The notes: generated from the letters alone by a model not told the origin. Numbered from the whole stretch's first letter, positions 1 through 13,300 are shown. The stretch: 63,290 nucleotides of DNA, filler included, from Cercozoa sp. M6MM (GCA_040357565.1; 9 parts of 9 records of this genome joined end to end with filler, not necessarily neighbours in it); one strand, 5' to 3'. Translations and numbers: made by a program.

Positions 1-3000
1 TGTGGTGGTGGCGGCGCAGTCTTGGGGCGTGCATAAGCAGCGCAATCAGTCCGTGATTGTCGACCTGCTGCAGGGCCAGTTCAAGGTAAAGTGCACCCTC
101 CTGCTATGCCTTCCCTTTACCCCCCCCCTGCCCTGTTGGCAGAGTCGCGTGTGTTGTCCCGAGTGTCCCAAGGTGTCGGTGACGTTCGACCCGTTCATGT
201 TCTTGTCGGTGCCGCTGCCGACGTCCAAGCAGAAGCGACAACTCGTTTATTTCGTCGAGAATCTGCCGCCGGCCATTGTGGTTCTTACCCTCTATCCCTC
301 TACCCTGCCCTACCCCTACTCCCTGCCCTGCCCTTACTCCCTGTCCTACCCTTACTCCCTGTCCTACCCTTACTCCCTACCCTTTGAACAGAGCGGCGAT
401 GCGAGCGATTGGGATGAGATTCGCGTGCGTTCGAACATCACCGTGCTGGCACTCAATGTCAAAGGTAGACAACTCATTTGCCTCCACACCCCCAGCACTT
501 TCCCCCCCCCCCCCCCGTAGGCACGACGTACATGCGTTCGTTGGCTAGCGAAGTCGTCGGCGAGCTGCAGGACATGTCGTCGCTTGAGCAGGGTAGTGTC
601 ATCCCTTCCCATTTTTCCCCCCCCCCCCCGATTACCCCCTCCCCCGGCAGGTGAGGACGAGGAACTCACTGGTGCGGGACCGGCGGCTGGCATCGATCCG
701 CGTCGTGTGCACTTCTTGACGCGTCTGGCGGTACTATCCATACAGCCTATCCCACCTCTTTACCCCACCCTTTACCCCCTCCCCTCCCCTTGGTATAGTA
801 CTCGTCGAGTTACCGCAGTCAGTGGGACATGGTGGCCGACAACACCATTGTGAACGAGCTGGAGGTGTGTGTGTATTTGGGCCCTCCCACCTTTGCCCCC
901 TTTACCCCCCTCCCCCTGGTAGGCCAGTGAAGATCTTTTCGCGTTTGTGACGCCGCGATTCGACGCGACGACGCACGTGCCGCTTCCGGAGAGTGAGGTT
1001 GTTGGGGTAGCCTTGTGTGCTTTATCCCGTACCCCCTCTTTACCCCTCCCCCTGTCGTGTTCCAGCAAGAGGAGCTGCCGGGCGTCGAGTACAACCTTAT
1101 GCTGCCCGTCAAGATTGACAAGTACTGCGGCTTTTACCCCCCCCCCCCCCCCCCCGCCACCAACACCTTTCTCCCTTCTGTAGTGGCCGCAAGTCGTACA
1201 GCATGCCGGAAGTGCCGTGCTTTTTGCATGTGCCGGAGGAGCAGATTGTGGTAGAACTTACTGCCTTTACCCCTCCCCTACACTTCACCCCCGTTGTGTA
1301 CCAGCCCAAGGCCAAGTCGTACACGCTCGGCAAACAAGCGCTGTTGCAGAGGTGTGTTTGATGTTTACCCCTTCCCCCCTCCTACCTTCTTACTCCCTCG
1401 GTTAGTGTGCGTGTGGCGGTGCGACCGATGCTGCAGTGCACGGCACTGGACGACACGGCACTCTCTGGCAGGTAGGCACCTTTACCTCTCCCCCTGACAT
1501 CCCACCTCTTTACCCCCCCCCCCCCCCCGGGGCGGGTGGGGGGACCACGGGGGGGCGGGGACCCGCGCAAGAAGCATCAAACAGTGAGCGCCTCGGTACC
1601 CTAATTTCCCCCCCCCCCCCCCCCTACTGTACTCCCTCTATGTCGCATGCTCACAGGATGACGAGGACGGTGAGATCGAAGTTACCGCGCGGACGACGGT
1701 GTACTTTGAACCGTCTGAACAGGCCGAGAAGCACCTGGTATGCACGTTATTACCGATGTTACCCCTTTGCCGGCCCCCCCCCCGTGGTAGGTGACGGACC
1801 TGTTCTTGGTGAAGAAACACTTTGGCCGTCACAAGACTTACGTCGAGTTCCGTCAGGTTACCCCCGCCGGTGCCGTATTCGCTATCCATTTAACCCTTGG
1901 TTGTTTAGGCTCGTGGCAACCGCTCGCGTTACTCTGCTGGGTGAGTTTACCCCCCCCCCCATTATCCCCCATGATGTGTGTGCGTGCGTGTGTGCAGTTA
2001 CTCTCGTGACGGTGCCGATAAGGAGTTCACGCTCGAGCAGTGTCTGGACGCCTTCACTGAGCGGGTACCTGATTGCAACTTTACCTCTCCTGCACTCCCT
2101 TAAATAACCCCGGGACCGGCAGGAAACGCTGAGTGAGGCCGACGCGTGGTACTGTCCCGACTGCAAGAAGCACGTGTGTGCCGACAAGAAGGTGCCTCTA
2201 TCTGCACATGTATATATATATGTGTGTGTATATTGTGTGTGTATGCATGTATGCATGTATGCATATATGTATTTATGTATATGCATCTATATGTGTTTAA
2301 TATATGGATGGATTTGCCAATGGGGGTGTACAGTTCGACCTCGGCCGACTGCCGGACGTGCTGATTATTCACATCAAACGCTTCTGCTACAGCAGCTACC
2401 GCCGGTACACTCTCTGTATTCACAAGTGAGGGTGAGGGGTAAAGGGTCTATGTCTGTTGTGTACGCGTGTGTGTATGTGCAGAGAGAAGCTGTCGAATCA
2501 GGTGCACTTCCCGCTGGAGGGACTGGATCTGTCGCCTTGGTGCATCGATGAGGACTCGGTCGCTGATGGTGCTTTCTCTTTCATGTTTAAGTATATATGT
2601 GTATGTATGTGTGTATGTCTATACTTTTTCTTAATATATGTGGATCTGGGTATATATGCTACTCTATCCCAGGCCGAGGCGTGTACGACTTGTACGCCGT
2701 ATCGAACCACATGGGCGGCCTCGGTGGCGGACACTACACCGCCTACGCCAAGAACTTTTTGGACCACAAGTGGTACCACTTCGACGACTCGAGTGCCTCG
2801 CGCGTGAGCGACCTTTCGCGCATCGTGTCGCCCTCGGCCTACGTGTACCTCACCCGCTCTCCTGTCCCATGTATCCTCCATACCCCCCCCCCCCCCAGAC
2901 TGTACTACGTGCGTCGCAAGGCCGACACGGTGCAGCGCTACGTCTCGTCGGAGGACCTGCCGGTCTTTGAGGAGATCGACCCGGTAGAGGGGGACTATAT

Positions 3001-3202
3001 ATATGTATGCTGTGTATAAATATATTTGTGTGTGTGTGTGTGCGTTGTGATGCAGCTCGGTGCGGCAGCTGCTGTTGCCAACGACCTCATGAGACGCCAG
3101 GCCATGTACCTCTCCCCCCTGTGTCCTTGTGTCCGTTTGCTCTCAATGCCTTGCACTGCTGACAGGGCGGAAGACACGGCTGAGAGCTCCGAATCGGCGT
3201 AG
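1..3202 (+). CDS. Ubiquitin-specific protease, USP4/11/15-like (5' truncated, about 20 introns)
   Basis: Spliced exons give [80 protein letters not shown] and [24 protein letters not shown]...WYHFDDS (His box). Introns read are GT-AG; stop TAG at 3200-3202. The 1500-1570 stretch looks like poor-quality sequence. Confidence 0.93.
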
Positions 3203-3749
3203 AACAGCGACGTGTGCATGTATTGATACCATCGATCACCTCCGATCGCGAGGAATGCGAGCCATGAGCATACGACACTGCTGTACCGTCGAGTTGCTTA
3301 CGTTATTAGTATACTAAATCGAGTGCCACGTCAAGCACGTTTGAGAAAACCAAACGCATCAGGGGTGGATGCCCCAACACGAGTTCTTGGGCACCACCGG
3401 CGGGAAACTCTCTGCCAATGTCGGTGGGATAGCGGCTCTATCTCACTACACTATGCAGCGACTCCTCACCCCCCTCCCTAAAAAAGGGGCATAATACCGC
3501 TTTTGGCACAGGACATTGCTTGGACAGAACAGTGCGACTCCGCCGGCACAACTGAAGACGTATTCGTACGCCTGGCGACGAGACGAACGACAGTTAAAAG
3601 AAAACTAACTCATTAACCTGCTATCTTAGTTGTGCTGACTCGTCTTCGGTCTTCTTATTATCATAACGTATGTACGTTTGGATACGTCACCGCGCGGGAG
3701 GGGAACAACGGCACGGATCCGCCGGTTGACGCGAATGAATCGAATAATA

Positions 3750-5551
3750 CTAGAGTCGAGTGACCTCGAGTCCCGCGCCACCAACTGCGGCCTCGAGGGG
3801 CAGCATGCCGCGCTGCGTCAGCATGTCACTCACCTGCTGCTTGGTCTCCTGTGCACAAGTCGTGTACCAGTGCGCAAGGACTTATCGATACATACAATGC
3901 GACACCCACTAGTACCTCAGACACGCCAGCTAGCAGTGAGATGGTGCAGCCACCACCACCCGCACCTACACAAATAGGCGATATGAGCTAGAGGATGGTT
4001 TCAAACGATACAACGAGTACCGGTGATTTTGGTGGCAACGCCTCGTGTCTCGCATACGTCGGCGACAACGTCGATGGCGTCATGCGAGACCCCAGCAGCC
4101 ACCAGCAGTGCCTGATTTATGCGCGCGTACAGACGGGTCCAAAGGTGATCAAGTAAAGTATGGTACATGATTGCGTCGCATCAGCGGTGCCAACGCAGTC
4201 AAGTCAGTCGACGAAGTTGCGTCTTGAAGAACAGTGGCCTATCACGGCACGTGTGCCACAACTCAGTATACAGGTGACAACTCAAAGGATTGGTCTACCA
4301 TCGCATCGGCAATGTCGCCGAACTCCTGTAGCGTCTTTTTCTTGTCTGCCGTCGATTGCTCGCTCAAATAATCAGCCACTCGGGCCACCTGAAACACACG
4401 GGGCTACAACGGGCGAATGTGTGCCACTACGATCAGTCTACCATCTTCTTGGTGTCCTTGGGCACTCGCGTGTGTGTCAGCAGGAGCGGCACCGCGCAGC
4501 GCAGCGGCAACTGGCGCATCGTCACGCTGGCATCACGCTTGCTGAACTCGAGTGCACCACCGTAGACAGCGACCTGTGGTCAATTCAGAAAGAGTTCTTG
4601 TGGGAATGGCGTTAAACAATGGAAAGCAAAGCTAATGATACAGTGTTATCCACGCCAGAAGGTGTGCCATGGACGACTCGCTCCAACTGGAAAGCCAGTG
4701 TGTTGACAGTTTCGCGATCAACATCAACACTCTGGCTCTCACCGTCGGTAAGAGACTTCAGTCCGAGCAAAGCACCCGACAAGGCTGCCGCAAATGCTGC
4801 CGACGAACCAAGCCCCTGCCAAAAACACACGCTCTGATAACTGATTTAAGGCGCGTATAGGTTTAAGCTACAGAAGCAACTGGAATCTTTGACGTGATCT
4901 CCACAGTCATTCCGTATTTCTCCTCAGCGAACCCAAGCAGGCAGTACAACACAAGAAACGCCACCTGCGCCGTGTGTGCCACCTGCGAAACGACATACGT
5001 ATGCACCCAGAAGGTAAAGAAGGGCGGAAAAGGTTAAAAACGCAGAGTGCGCGTACCCTATCGCCAGTGGCGAGCGGTGCCAGAATGGAGTACAGTGTGT
5101 CAAAATTCACTGACTCCAATCGCCTCCGCGGCGGCCACTGGCCTGTGCATTCAATACATACTGCATGCGGACTGAGGTACTCTGAAGTCATACCATTCTG
5201 CTGCAGCAGTTCCACAACTTCGTTGACCGACCACGTGAAACCGAGCGTCTGGTCGCCCAGTGACACGTGCAGTGAGAGCTGCTCCTCTTGCATGAGCTCG
5301 GCTTCCACCTACAGATCGATACAGGCAAGGCGGTTGGGACACTTAATTCGAGGAGGTCTACATTTGTTCGCAGAGCAATGGCACACGCGATGGCCTTGAT
5401 TCCGTAAACTACGGCGTGTTCACCAGCAAGAATGACCTGCGAGGCAACATGCCCAGAGTACGGATGGCGCAAAGGTCACATTCACTGCTCTGATCACCTT
5501 GCCAGGCGCGCTACAGCGCACACGCCGCCTAGATGCCGCAGAATCAACCAT
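3750..5551 (-). CDS. MVK: Mevalonate kinase (GHMP kinase)
   Basis: Spliced: SAPGK/VILAGEHAVVYGIKAIACAIALRT, GLGSSAAFAAALSGALL, ERVVHGTPSGVDN, GAGGGGC, C-terminal VGGAGLEVTRL*. Confidence 0.93.
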
Positions 5552-5749
5552 AATTACGGCAGCACACTTCCAGTCCCAATAGTATCGAAGTGTTAGTCCA
5601 AAAGCGTCGCTTAGGCGGAGCGCGCGCCTTCAAAGCAAAAATAAAAGGCAACTCGGAATGGAACTCTAAACTTCAGACGTTAGGCAAAAGAACAATTAAT
5701 AGATTGGTCTTAAATCAACGGCAGGGCTGTATGTATTTTTGTGTCGAAA

Positions 5750-8700
5750 TCACAACGCTTCGACAGAGTGCATGCACGCAACGATGTGCTGACTTGCACC
5801 TCCTTCCACCTGGATCTGGATAACAGTCTCACACTTTTCGGGCTTTGAACTGGCCTGGTAGGACACGTTGAAGTCCTTGTCGGAGTGCGGCGGAATCACA
5901 GACGAGATCGGTTCTACGTCTACCCCACTCTTCGCAAAGCGATGCAACGTGACGCAGGCTATAATATATGCAAAGACATCGTTATTAAGGGTACTAAAGT
6001 GTTTGCACGAACCAGGAATGTGGCTTGGGTTGTGAAGTCGAATCTGTCGTGTATCGATCGTATCGACAGCTTGGTTTTCGAATCGCAAGTACTTGCACAG
6101 CGGTACAACTTGTGGGACGCAGAACTGCGCGTGACACGGAATTCGGTGCAGCAGTCGCTCATTCATGTCATTGAACACGATTCGCACATCCAATGATGTC
6201 GTAAACTCGGCGCACGTGCGATGTTCTCGTGGGTCGATGCAGAAACTGATGTCGACTTGGCGCTCTTCGTTGCTGGGCAGGTACAGCTCGTGCTCGCTGA
6301 GCGTAAACATGCTGTGTTCACACTGTAGGCGAAGCGTCATTGGGTGACCCGCTAGGTTGCGAACCAGCAGGCCTTGCGCTTGACGAACGAAGTCGAACTT
6401 ACTTATGTGCTCCTCGGCTAGCGTTGCAGGACACTCGGTTTCTATCTGGAAACCCAAGCCATTGGAGCGAGTGACCGTCAAGTCGAGCTTCGAGTCGCAG
6501 TTTACAATGCCCAGGACCGGGTCAAACACATTCGCACGCAACTCAAAGTTGCACAGGTTTTTGCCGCTCTTTTGATCGTTGATTTTGATGGTTTCGGTCG
6601 CTTGGGTGGCAACAGAGCTTCGACACGCAAACGTAATAAGCTGAAACGACTCCGGCTGCAGCGTGAAGTCACGCGTATTGCTCGAAAAGACCGATTTTTC
6701 GCCGAATTCAAGTCTTAGATTGTGCACGTGCGCGGAATGGTTTGCAATCCGAAACTGCTTCGACTGAGGCTTTTCGACCCACAGGTTTCCGAAGAAGAGC
6801 GACGACGGGTGGTTGACATCTTGTGGTGAACTTTCGCTCTTAAGAATTTCCCGTTCATCGCTTCCAGTTTCTGTCTCTGGGCTAACCGAAGGGTCTGTCA
6901 CAACAATCTCGGTTCCTGGGGGCAGGAAGCAAGGTATCGTCGTATATCCAGGCGAGCGAGCGTTTATTTTAGATTGTACCTTGAATTTTGCACCGCAAAG
7001 AGAGTACTATCTCGGCAGGTTCGCCGTGTGTGACATGAGCACGAAGCTCGTCATTCTTGTGTTGCAGCTTTTGAGTCGGGAGCACATCGATCGGTATCTT
7101 AACTGGGGAGGGAAAAAGAAACGATCTATTCATACATGAATACATGTGAGAGTGATATAGCAGAAAATGAACGCGTAGAGTTGGCAGGTATCGTTGCATT
7201 CTCCGTGTCGATGTAGAAGGGACTGTTGGGGCTTGACAGAAACAAGGCGACATCTGCCGGAACTGACGAGATGTTTTCGAGAGTGATCTCGTGTCTCTTT
7301 AAGGAAAACAGATTCACAGACCCACAGTCGCCCGTGGTGTTGTCGAACTGCAAACGCGGACCCTTGCACCGTTTCACCAGGAAAGTGATGTAGATTGGGT
7401 TTTGTTCGTTTCCAACAACACGGAGAATGCACTGTCTGCTCGGATACAAAGCTTACATGTTTTAAGTTCTCTGAAGAAAGAAAAAACAACTTACATGACT
7501 GCATTTCCCAGTTGGAGCGGTGTCATGCTGATCGATATCGATCTCTTTGACTGTGGTTCGACACGCACAATGTCCTTTTCGAAGTTCACCTCAACGATAC
7601 CATCGCACTCAAGCTGATTGAGCAGCTCCATCGAGACTGTTGCAGGAACTGCCGACAGGTTTGAAAGCTCGACCTGTTTCGTGCACTCGGCTCCGACAAA
7701 CGGCGAATCGATGATGACACTGTTTTCAGCGAGCGTACAGTTCGCGGCTAAACACTTCGCCTGTATGGGGATCCGGAACTCCTCTTTTTCCGCCTTTCGC
7801 AAGTGTTCCTTTGGTGAGACGCCCACAAAACTGAACTGCAGAGACTGGGTTTCAAAGGTTTTGCACGAGTTCGAGCGCAGCTGTACGACAACATCCTTCT
7901 TCGAGTTAGGTGGCACGATCAGCGTGTTATTTACGAGGTCAGGTAGCGTGAACTCATTCTCAAAATTGCTCTCCCTTGGTTCGATCGAGAATTCTATCAA
8001 AGCGGGAGTGCTGCTGTCGTTGCGAACGCACGCAGTCCGTACAACAGGGTCCAACGGTGCGCACTCACCAAAATTGAGCTCTTGAGTGACAAACCGCACG
8101 TCTGGAGGGTAGACTTGCCCGTGAATGTCAAAGCGCAGACTCTTTGAGCGACCCTCAATCTCGACGAAGAAACGCTCACGGAATTCTCCAACTTGTGCGG
8201 CAGTGGCTTCGAACTGCAGCTGGACAACGCTGCCAGACACAAGCTGTCCCGAACGCGGCACAACGCTTGCCTCCATGATCGGTCGTGTCGTTTCTCCTTC
8301 GCTCAATGGATCACGACGCACAACGAAACTCGTATCAATTTCGCCGACGTTGTGAAGCTCAATCGCAAAGGTGAGCACGCTGTTGAGAACGGCATGGGGA
8401 CAGTGCACGGACTCAGCGCTGAGCACACACCTTGGACCAACCCCAAAACCCTGTATCACCACTGGTAACGGGTTGCTTCCAGATACACAGCACTCAACAG
8501 TCTCCTCCTTGGTCCCGCTCGAAAGGGGCGAAAACGTGAAAGTAACTTGCGTGCGGCCCATCGGCGCTATCTCACCATAGGCAGGCTCGATGCGAAAGTC
8601 CTTCGAACTGCCGTTTCTGGGTTTGTTCCAGCGAAAGCTCACGGGCTCGTCTCCGTTGTTTCGTATCCACACTACTGTCGACTTATCTTTGTGCACAAAA

Positions 8701-9655
8701 CAGTCTCCGAGAAGGACAACGTCCGTAGAAATTTCGACGTCGCTTTCCCCGGATGTAGCAACAACTATGCTCCGCCCGAGCACCGCTTGTGTGCGACAGT
8801 GTCGGAGAACAATGATTCCTCGCAAGCTCCCTCTTGGGTGATCTGGGTTGTAGTAGACGGAGAAATCAACTGCGCCATCACGAGGAATTTTCACGATACG
8901 GGGCTCAATGGTCAATATGCGCTCGTGTGCACTTTCATCCTTCGCTTTATCGTACGGAAAGGAGATTTCGTTGATTTCGACACTTGCTTCAACATCAACA
9001 GCACAGCCAGAGTTCAGAATTGAGAAGGGATGGACTTGCTTCGAGTAGCACGGTTTGAACTCAACAACGGGAGGAACGACAAGTTCAGGCTGAGTCCCAA
9101 ACGCCACCCTGAACATGTACCGTTTGAATAGCGCTATATTGTTGAAGAAAATTTGCTTATTTCCTTGATCTCAAGAACTTGTAGCATCTCTTCGTTATAC
9201 ATCCTATCACATCCGAGGCGAAAAGTAAACTTACAGCGGGATGATGAAAGTTTCGCCCTTGCTCGTGCTGCACTGAAGTTCTCCATGCACTTCTTCTACA
9301 TCCTCAGGATGTGTGAACAGCAGTGTTTTTTCCAGTCGCATCCCAGGCGCCAGTTTTGATGTTGTTCGCACAGAACGTGCATGGAAGGAAGGCTCTCCGA
9401 CGATGTCGTTCAAAAGTCCCCTCGCACCAGCGTCCTCCATGAAAGACCTACGAGACATGAAATATATAATACTGTAGATGCTCCTAAAATGCACATAACC
9501 GGGTAAAACCATGATGGATGATTCAAGTGAAAGCGCGGCGGACGAACGGAGTGCTTGCTTTTGTTTATCACGACAAACGTCGCTCTGCACACTGAACCTG
9601 GCTCGAAACGATCCACTCGCACTTCCCTCGGCTCAAAATCGAACTGAGACGTCAT
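5750..9655 (-). CDS. Hydin/DLEC1-like ciliary protein with tandem ASH/Ig-like beta-sandwich domains
   Basis: Long ORFs (541 and 383 aa) with repeated 'LNFGEC...V.N.S...F.I.P..G.I.P...V.FTF.P' units and KLAPGM near the N-terminus; start MTSQFDFEPREV at 9655. Exact orthology unresolved. Confidence 0.75.
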
Positions 9656-9889
9656 AAGTAGGAAAGCAAAGACCGTGAGAGTGTACTCTACTTGTCGCTG
9701 GAGTTTGGCGAAGCAGCGGAAGAGGACGAATACAACAAAAAATAAAAACTTGTCAAAAGTGAAGTAGCGCCGTGTTGTGCTGCAGCGGGTTTCACATCTT
9801 CCATAAAATACATCAACATTTAGCATATTGTACGGGCACACTGTTAAATAAATTTATACGTTATTTGCTGCTAGTATTAGGTGACGCTC

Positions 9890-10488
9890 GTCCAAATATT
9901 TCCAAACTGGCCGGGATATTTTTAAGCGGGAGATATGTCTTGATAGGGTTTCCGTGCTGTTTGAAGTCTTATAACCGCCGTTTTGACAAGGTAAAGCATT
10001 ATGCACTTGCGGACATTTCTTTAAAGGTCTCGAACACGTCTTTTGACTGTGTGTGATTTTCACAAGATTTCGCTCGTCCGCTCAGGTGCGTTTTTTGCGT
10101 GTTTACGTCATTTTTGTGCCTGATTGAAGGTTACGGTTGCTGTGGGTCATCTCTACGGCCATTCTTTTCGCCGCAGCTCGTGGTAGGTGTGCTTTTTTTT
10201 CTGAAACAGGGTTTTTCTTCTTTTTTTGCTTGTTTTCCAAGGTACTGGCGAAAATTCTCGTTATGCACCTGTTTTCCGTTTCAGCAGACTGTGACACTGC
10301 AAGAATGGAGCAGCATGGCTTTGTGCCGCCGCAGCACGGCGTCACTTTGGTACGATGATTTGGGCCTTTGCTGGGGCATGCCTGTATGTATGTATGTATG
10401 TATGTGTGTCTGGTGTTACATAGCCGCCGATGCCTCCATTAGTGCAAGCACAGACGACGCAGCAGCCGCAGTTGCACTCTCATTCGGT
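9890..10488 (+). CDS. 5' part of an unknown gene, cut by the contig end
   Basis: Short exon-like segments with GT-AG borders (MEQHGFVPPQHGVTL / PPMPPLVQAQTTQQPQLHSHS); start uncertain. Confidence 0.3.
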
Positions 10489-10536
10489 ACGCTGTTTAAA
10501 AAACTACATGCGTGTGTATGTGTATATATATATATA

Positions 10537-10581
<45 letters not shown>

Positions 10582-10681
10582 NNNNNNNNNNNNNNNNNNN
10601 NNNNNNNNNNNNNNNNNNNNNNNNNTTAATTAATTAANNNNNNNNNNNNNNNNNNNNNNNNNNNNNNNNNNNNNNNNNNNN
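10582..10681. other. Artificial contig spacer (N44-TTAATTAATTAA-N44)
   Basis: 100-nt linker with stops in all six frames; identical copies at 13477-13576, 16184-16283, 32110-32209, 36808-36907, 41845-41944, 58020-58119 and 60476-60575. Most contig ends next to them are microsatellites. Confidence 0.97.
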
Positions 10682-10775
10682 CACACACACACACACACAC
10701 AACATACACCATGATACGCATATGTATATGCTTGTGCAGTATAGGCATTTAATGTGCATTTGTGTGCAAATATAG

Positions 10776-12248
10776 TTGCTGTTCGTTCACCTGCCGACAA
10801 TCAGCGACCTGCCCAAGGTGACGTTTGCGGCGCATGGAGCCAACGCTGCTGATGTCAGTACCGCTGCTGCAGCTCAGGTATATCCATTGTGTATGTGCGT
10901 TCGTGCGTTGCGTGTATATGTCGTCTGTTTCTTACTAAATCTACAGGAGGCACTCGTGGGTCGTCTGTCAAGACTGATTGACCAGCAACCTGCGTCTTCG
11001 CAACTCACCGAGACTGTACCATACAATAAATGTGACTTTGTTTCGTCCTGGCATTCAGTTGTGCATGTTGTAGGTGAAACAACTCGTTGCTACTCCAGCC
11101 GCGGCCCAGTTGCTGCTTGATGAACTGTATTCTTCTGACTAAATTTACTCTAAGGTTGTAGAAGCGTCTTTAATTGCGACGTGCGCAGGCACACAGTGAT
11201 CAGCTTTGTCGTGATTGGTGAAACAAGCGGCGAAAATGGTACAAATGAACTCAATACCCTGAAGGCATAAATAATTTACTGTCCTTTGGCAGCCCTGAAT
11301 GGCAAGATTTTGCTGTCGGACTTTGCGTCAAATATCCTTCAGTCGACGGATCAAGGTATTGCGTCTCGTCATTTGCAGTACGAGTTACTAGTTTGTTGCC
11401 ACGCAGGGACGACTCATGAGGTGTGGAAGGTCACACCTTTGAAGAACGTGCGAGCACTGTCAGTTCCACGATAGTTCTTGAATGCCTGCAGTTGGTTATG
11501 GCACGACGTATGTTGCTTGGCATGTGGGGTAGTTGGCAACTATTGCGTTCTCGTGTGCAAGTTGACGTCTTCGCTGCGGTGCAAGACAAGTACCGGAAAC
11601 CTCTCCCCGCTGACTTGGGTAATGCCTGTTCTCACTGACAGTATTGTCTGTCAGCACGCTTTGATGACTGGCATATATAGTTCGGAAGGTTCGCGAAGCA
11701 TCGACAAAACTGGACTGCATTGTGCTGCTTCCGGCACTTCGCTTGTATCACTGGCCAGCCCAAAGTGGTGTTTCTGGGGGGGGGGGGGGGATTTTTTGAA
11801 ATAAATTTGAAGCTCCCTTCATTCTACTTCGTACTGTAGGTTTATCCTTCAGTATCTTCGAGAAGGCACCTACGATGCTGATGTATGCACTCTACATTTG
11901 ATGCTTACATAAAATACATGCACTGTAATTTTGTAGCAAGGACTTTCCGAAACTGTCGGATATCTTCCCACTGTTGACGGCGAAGGGTTTGACTGTAAAT
12001 TTACTGTAACAACTGTTATCGCTGTGCTCTCTAGCCTTCTGTACTGTAACGTAGCTCTGGCTTGGTTCAAAGAAATGCCAGAAGGTCCGCGTTTAAAACA
12101 CGTATGATTTCTCTATCATACCCCTGTCGGTTTTGTTTTTGATTTTCGTCATTGAGGTGTGTGAAACTGGCAGGCCCTTTCGTTCTATCACACGCTCAAA
12201 GCAGCAGACGAGAAGTTAGCGGCAACTAATTTGTCATTGGCCGTTTGA
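10776..12248 (+). CDS. C-terminal exons of an RNF213-like protein (5' truncated)
   Basis: Spliced with GT-AG introns: PLKNVRAL/WQLLRSRVQVDVFAAVQDKYRKPLPADL/VRKVREASTKLDCIVLLPALRL/FILQYLREGTYDAD/QGLSETVGYL...LAWFKEMPEGPRLKH/ALSFYHTLK...*. This resembles the RNF213 C-terminal domain as I recall it (LKHVLSLWQLL..PF..I..RYK..L). Confidence 0.6.
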
Positions 12249-12309
12249 ACACGACGACGGTCACCTCCCGCTCTTATGCGTCTCGTCCGTCTACGCGACG
12301 ACGTGAGTT

Positions 12310-13300
12310 TGTTAGTTCAGTCTAGAATATTCTAGACTCGGAGGTATTCTAGAAGAGATGTTGTTTTCTGCGGCTTCCATGTCGTCGAATTCGTCGAGAC
12401 ACCATCGAAATCGTCCTGTTTCTGTAAAAAAACCAGTAAACTTACGATGAGGAACGGAAGATCCCCAACACTAATTTGCAGAGAAACGTACCAAAGCATG
12501 ACAAAACTCTCGTCGCCCGAAGAAAAAATACGAGTGTGAGCCACAGGACAGCAAGCGACGCAACACCTTCGAAGTCTGTTTGTCGGTGGGGTTGTTGACG
12601 AATGTAAGTTTAGTGTACTGTGCTTCTGTGAGGCCCACAAAAATCGACTTCTGAGGGATGCAAACATGATAACATGAACAATAACAAGAGACGAGATGGC
12701 AAAGCGAAAGCTCAACGTCTGTCTCACAGCCGCATTGCACCTTGTGCATGCCGATCGTATGCTTGGCGAGCTGACTGTTCCCTCTCATGCTGACGAAAGC
12801 AGGAATCCGCCTGTCGACATCGACAAGGTCCTGCGAAACTCGAAACATGCTGACTTTTGCAGCCTGACGCAGCATGCGTGCAGGAGCGTTCTCTGGATGC
12901 ACAACAGGTGATGTCTGACGCGGAGTACCGCTATCGATTCGCCGTGGCTGCACTCGTGTGCCAGATGCTGACCGATTTCGCAAACGCAGCCGGTTTCACT
13001 GTGCCATGCACATGGTGGCACAGTGGCCGCTGACCAGCAGAACGACTCGGCAATGCCGCTCTCCACTTGGGGGGAGAGAGCTCCGATGTCGAGGATGACT
13101 GGCCGGAGGAGCTGCAGGCTGCGCAGACACAGACACAGTCAATTGGTGAGTAGTTGTTCCGAAGTTCGTTCAAGTCCCTCATCACGAGTCGCATATTGTA
13201 CTACAGTTTGTCTATCTTCAAGGCTTCCCGCCCAGGAACTTCCATCTTGGCATGACACTGTGACGCATCACCTCTTCGAGTTGCGAAGGAGTCAATATGG
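12310..13300 (-). CDS. 3' part of an unknown gene
   Basis: Exon-like segments with GT-AG borders (QDLVDVDRRIPAFV; IFSSGDESFVMLW; ETGRFRWCLDEFDDMEAAENN); no family recognised. Confidence 0.4.

Noticed and set aside
1500-1570. G/C-rich quasi-palindromic stretch in the USP gene
   Set aside because: It follows a long poly-C run and disrupts the expected acceptor and exon; most likely sequencing error.
10582-10681. Repeated TTAATTAATTAA palindrome inside N runs
   Set aside because: Artificial six-frame-stop linker, not biology; no gene linkage should be inferred across these spacers.
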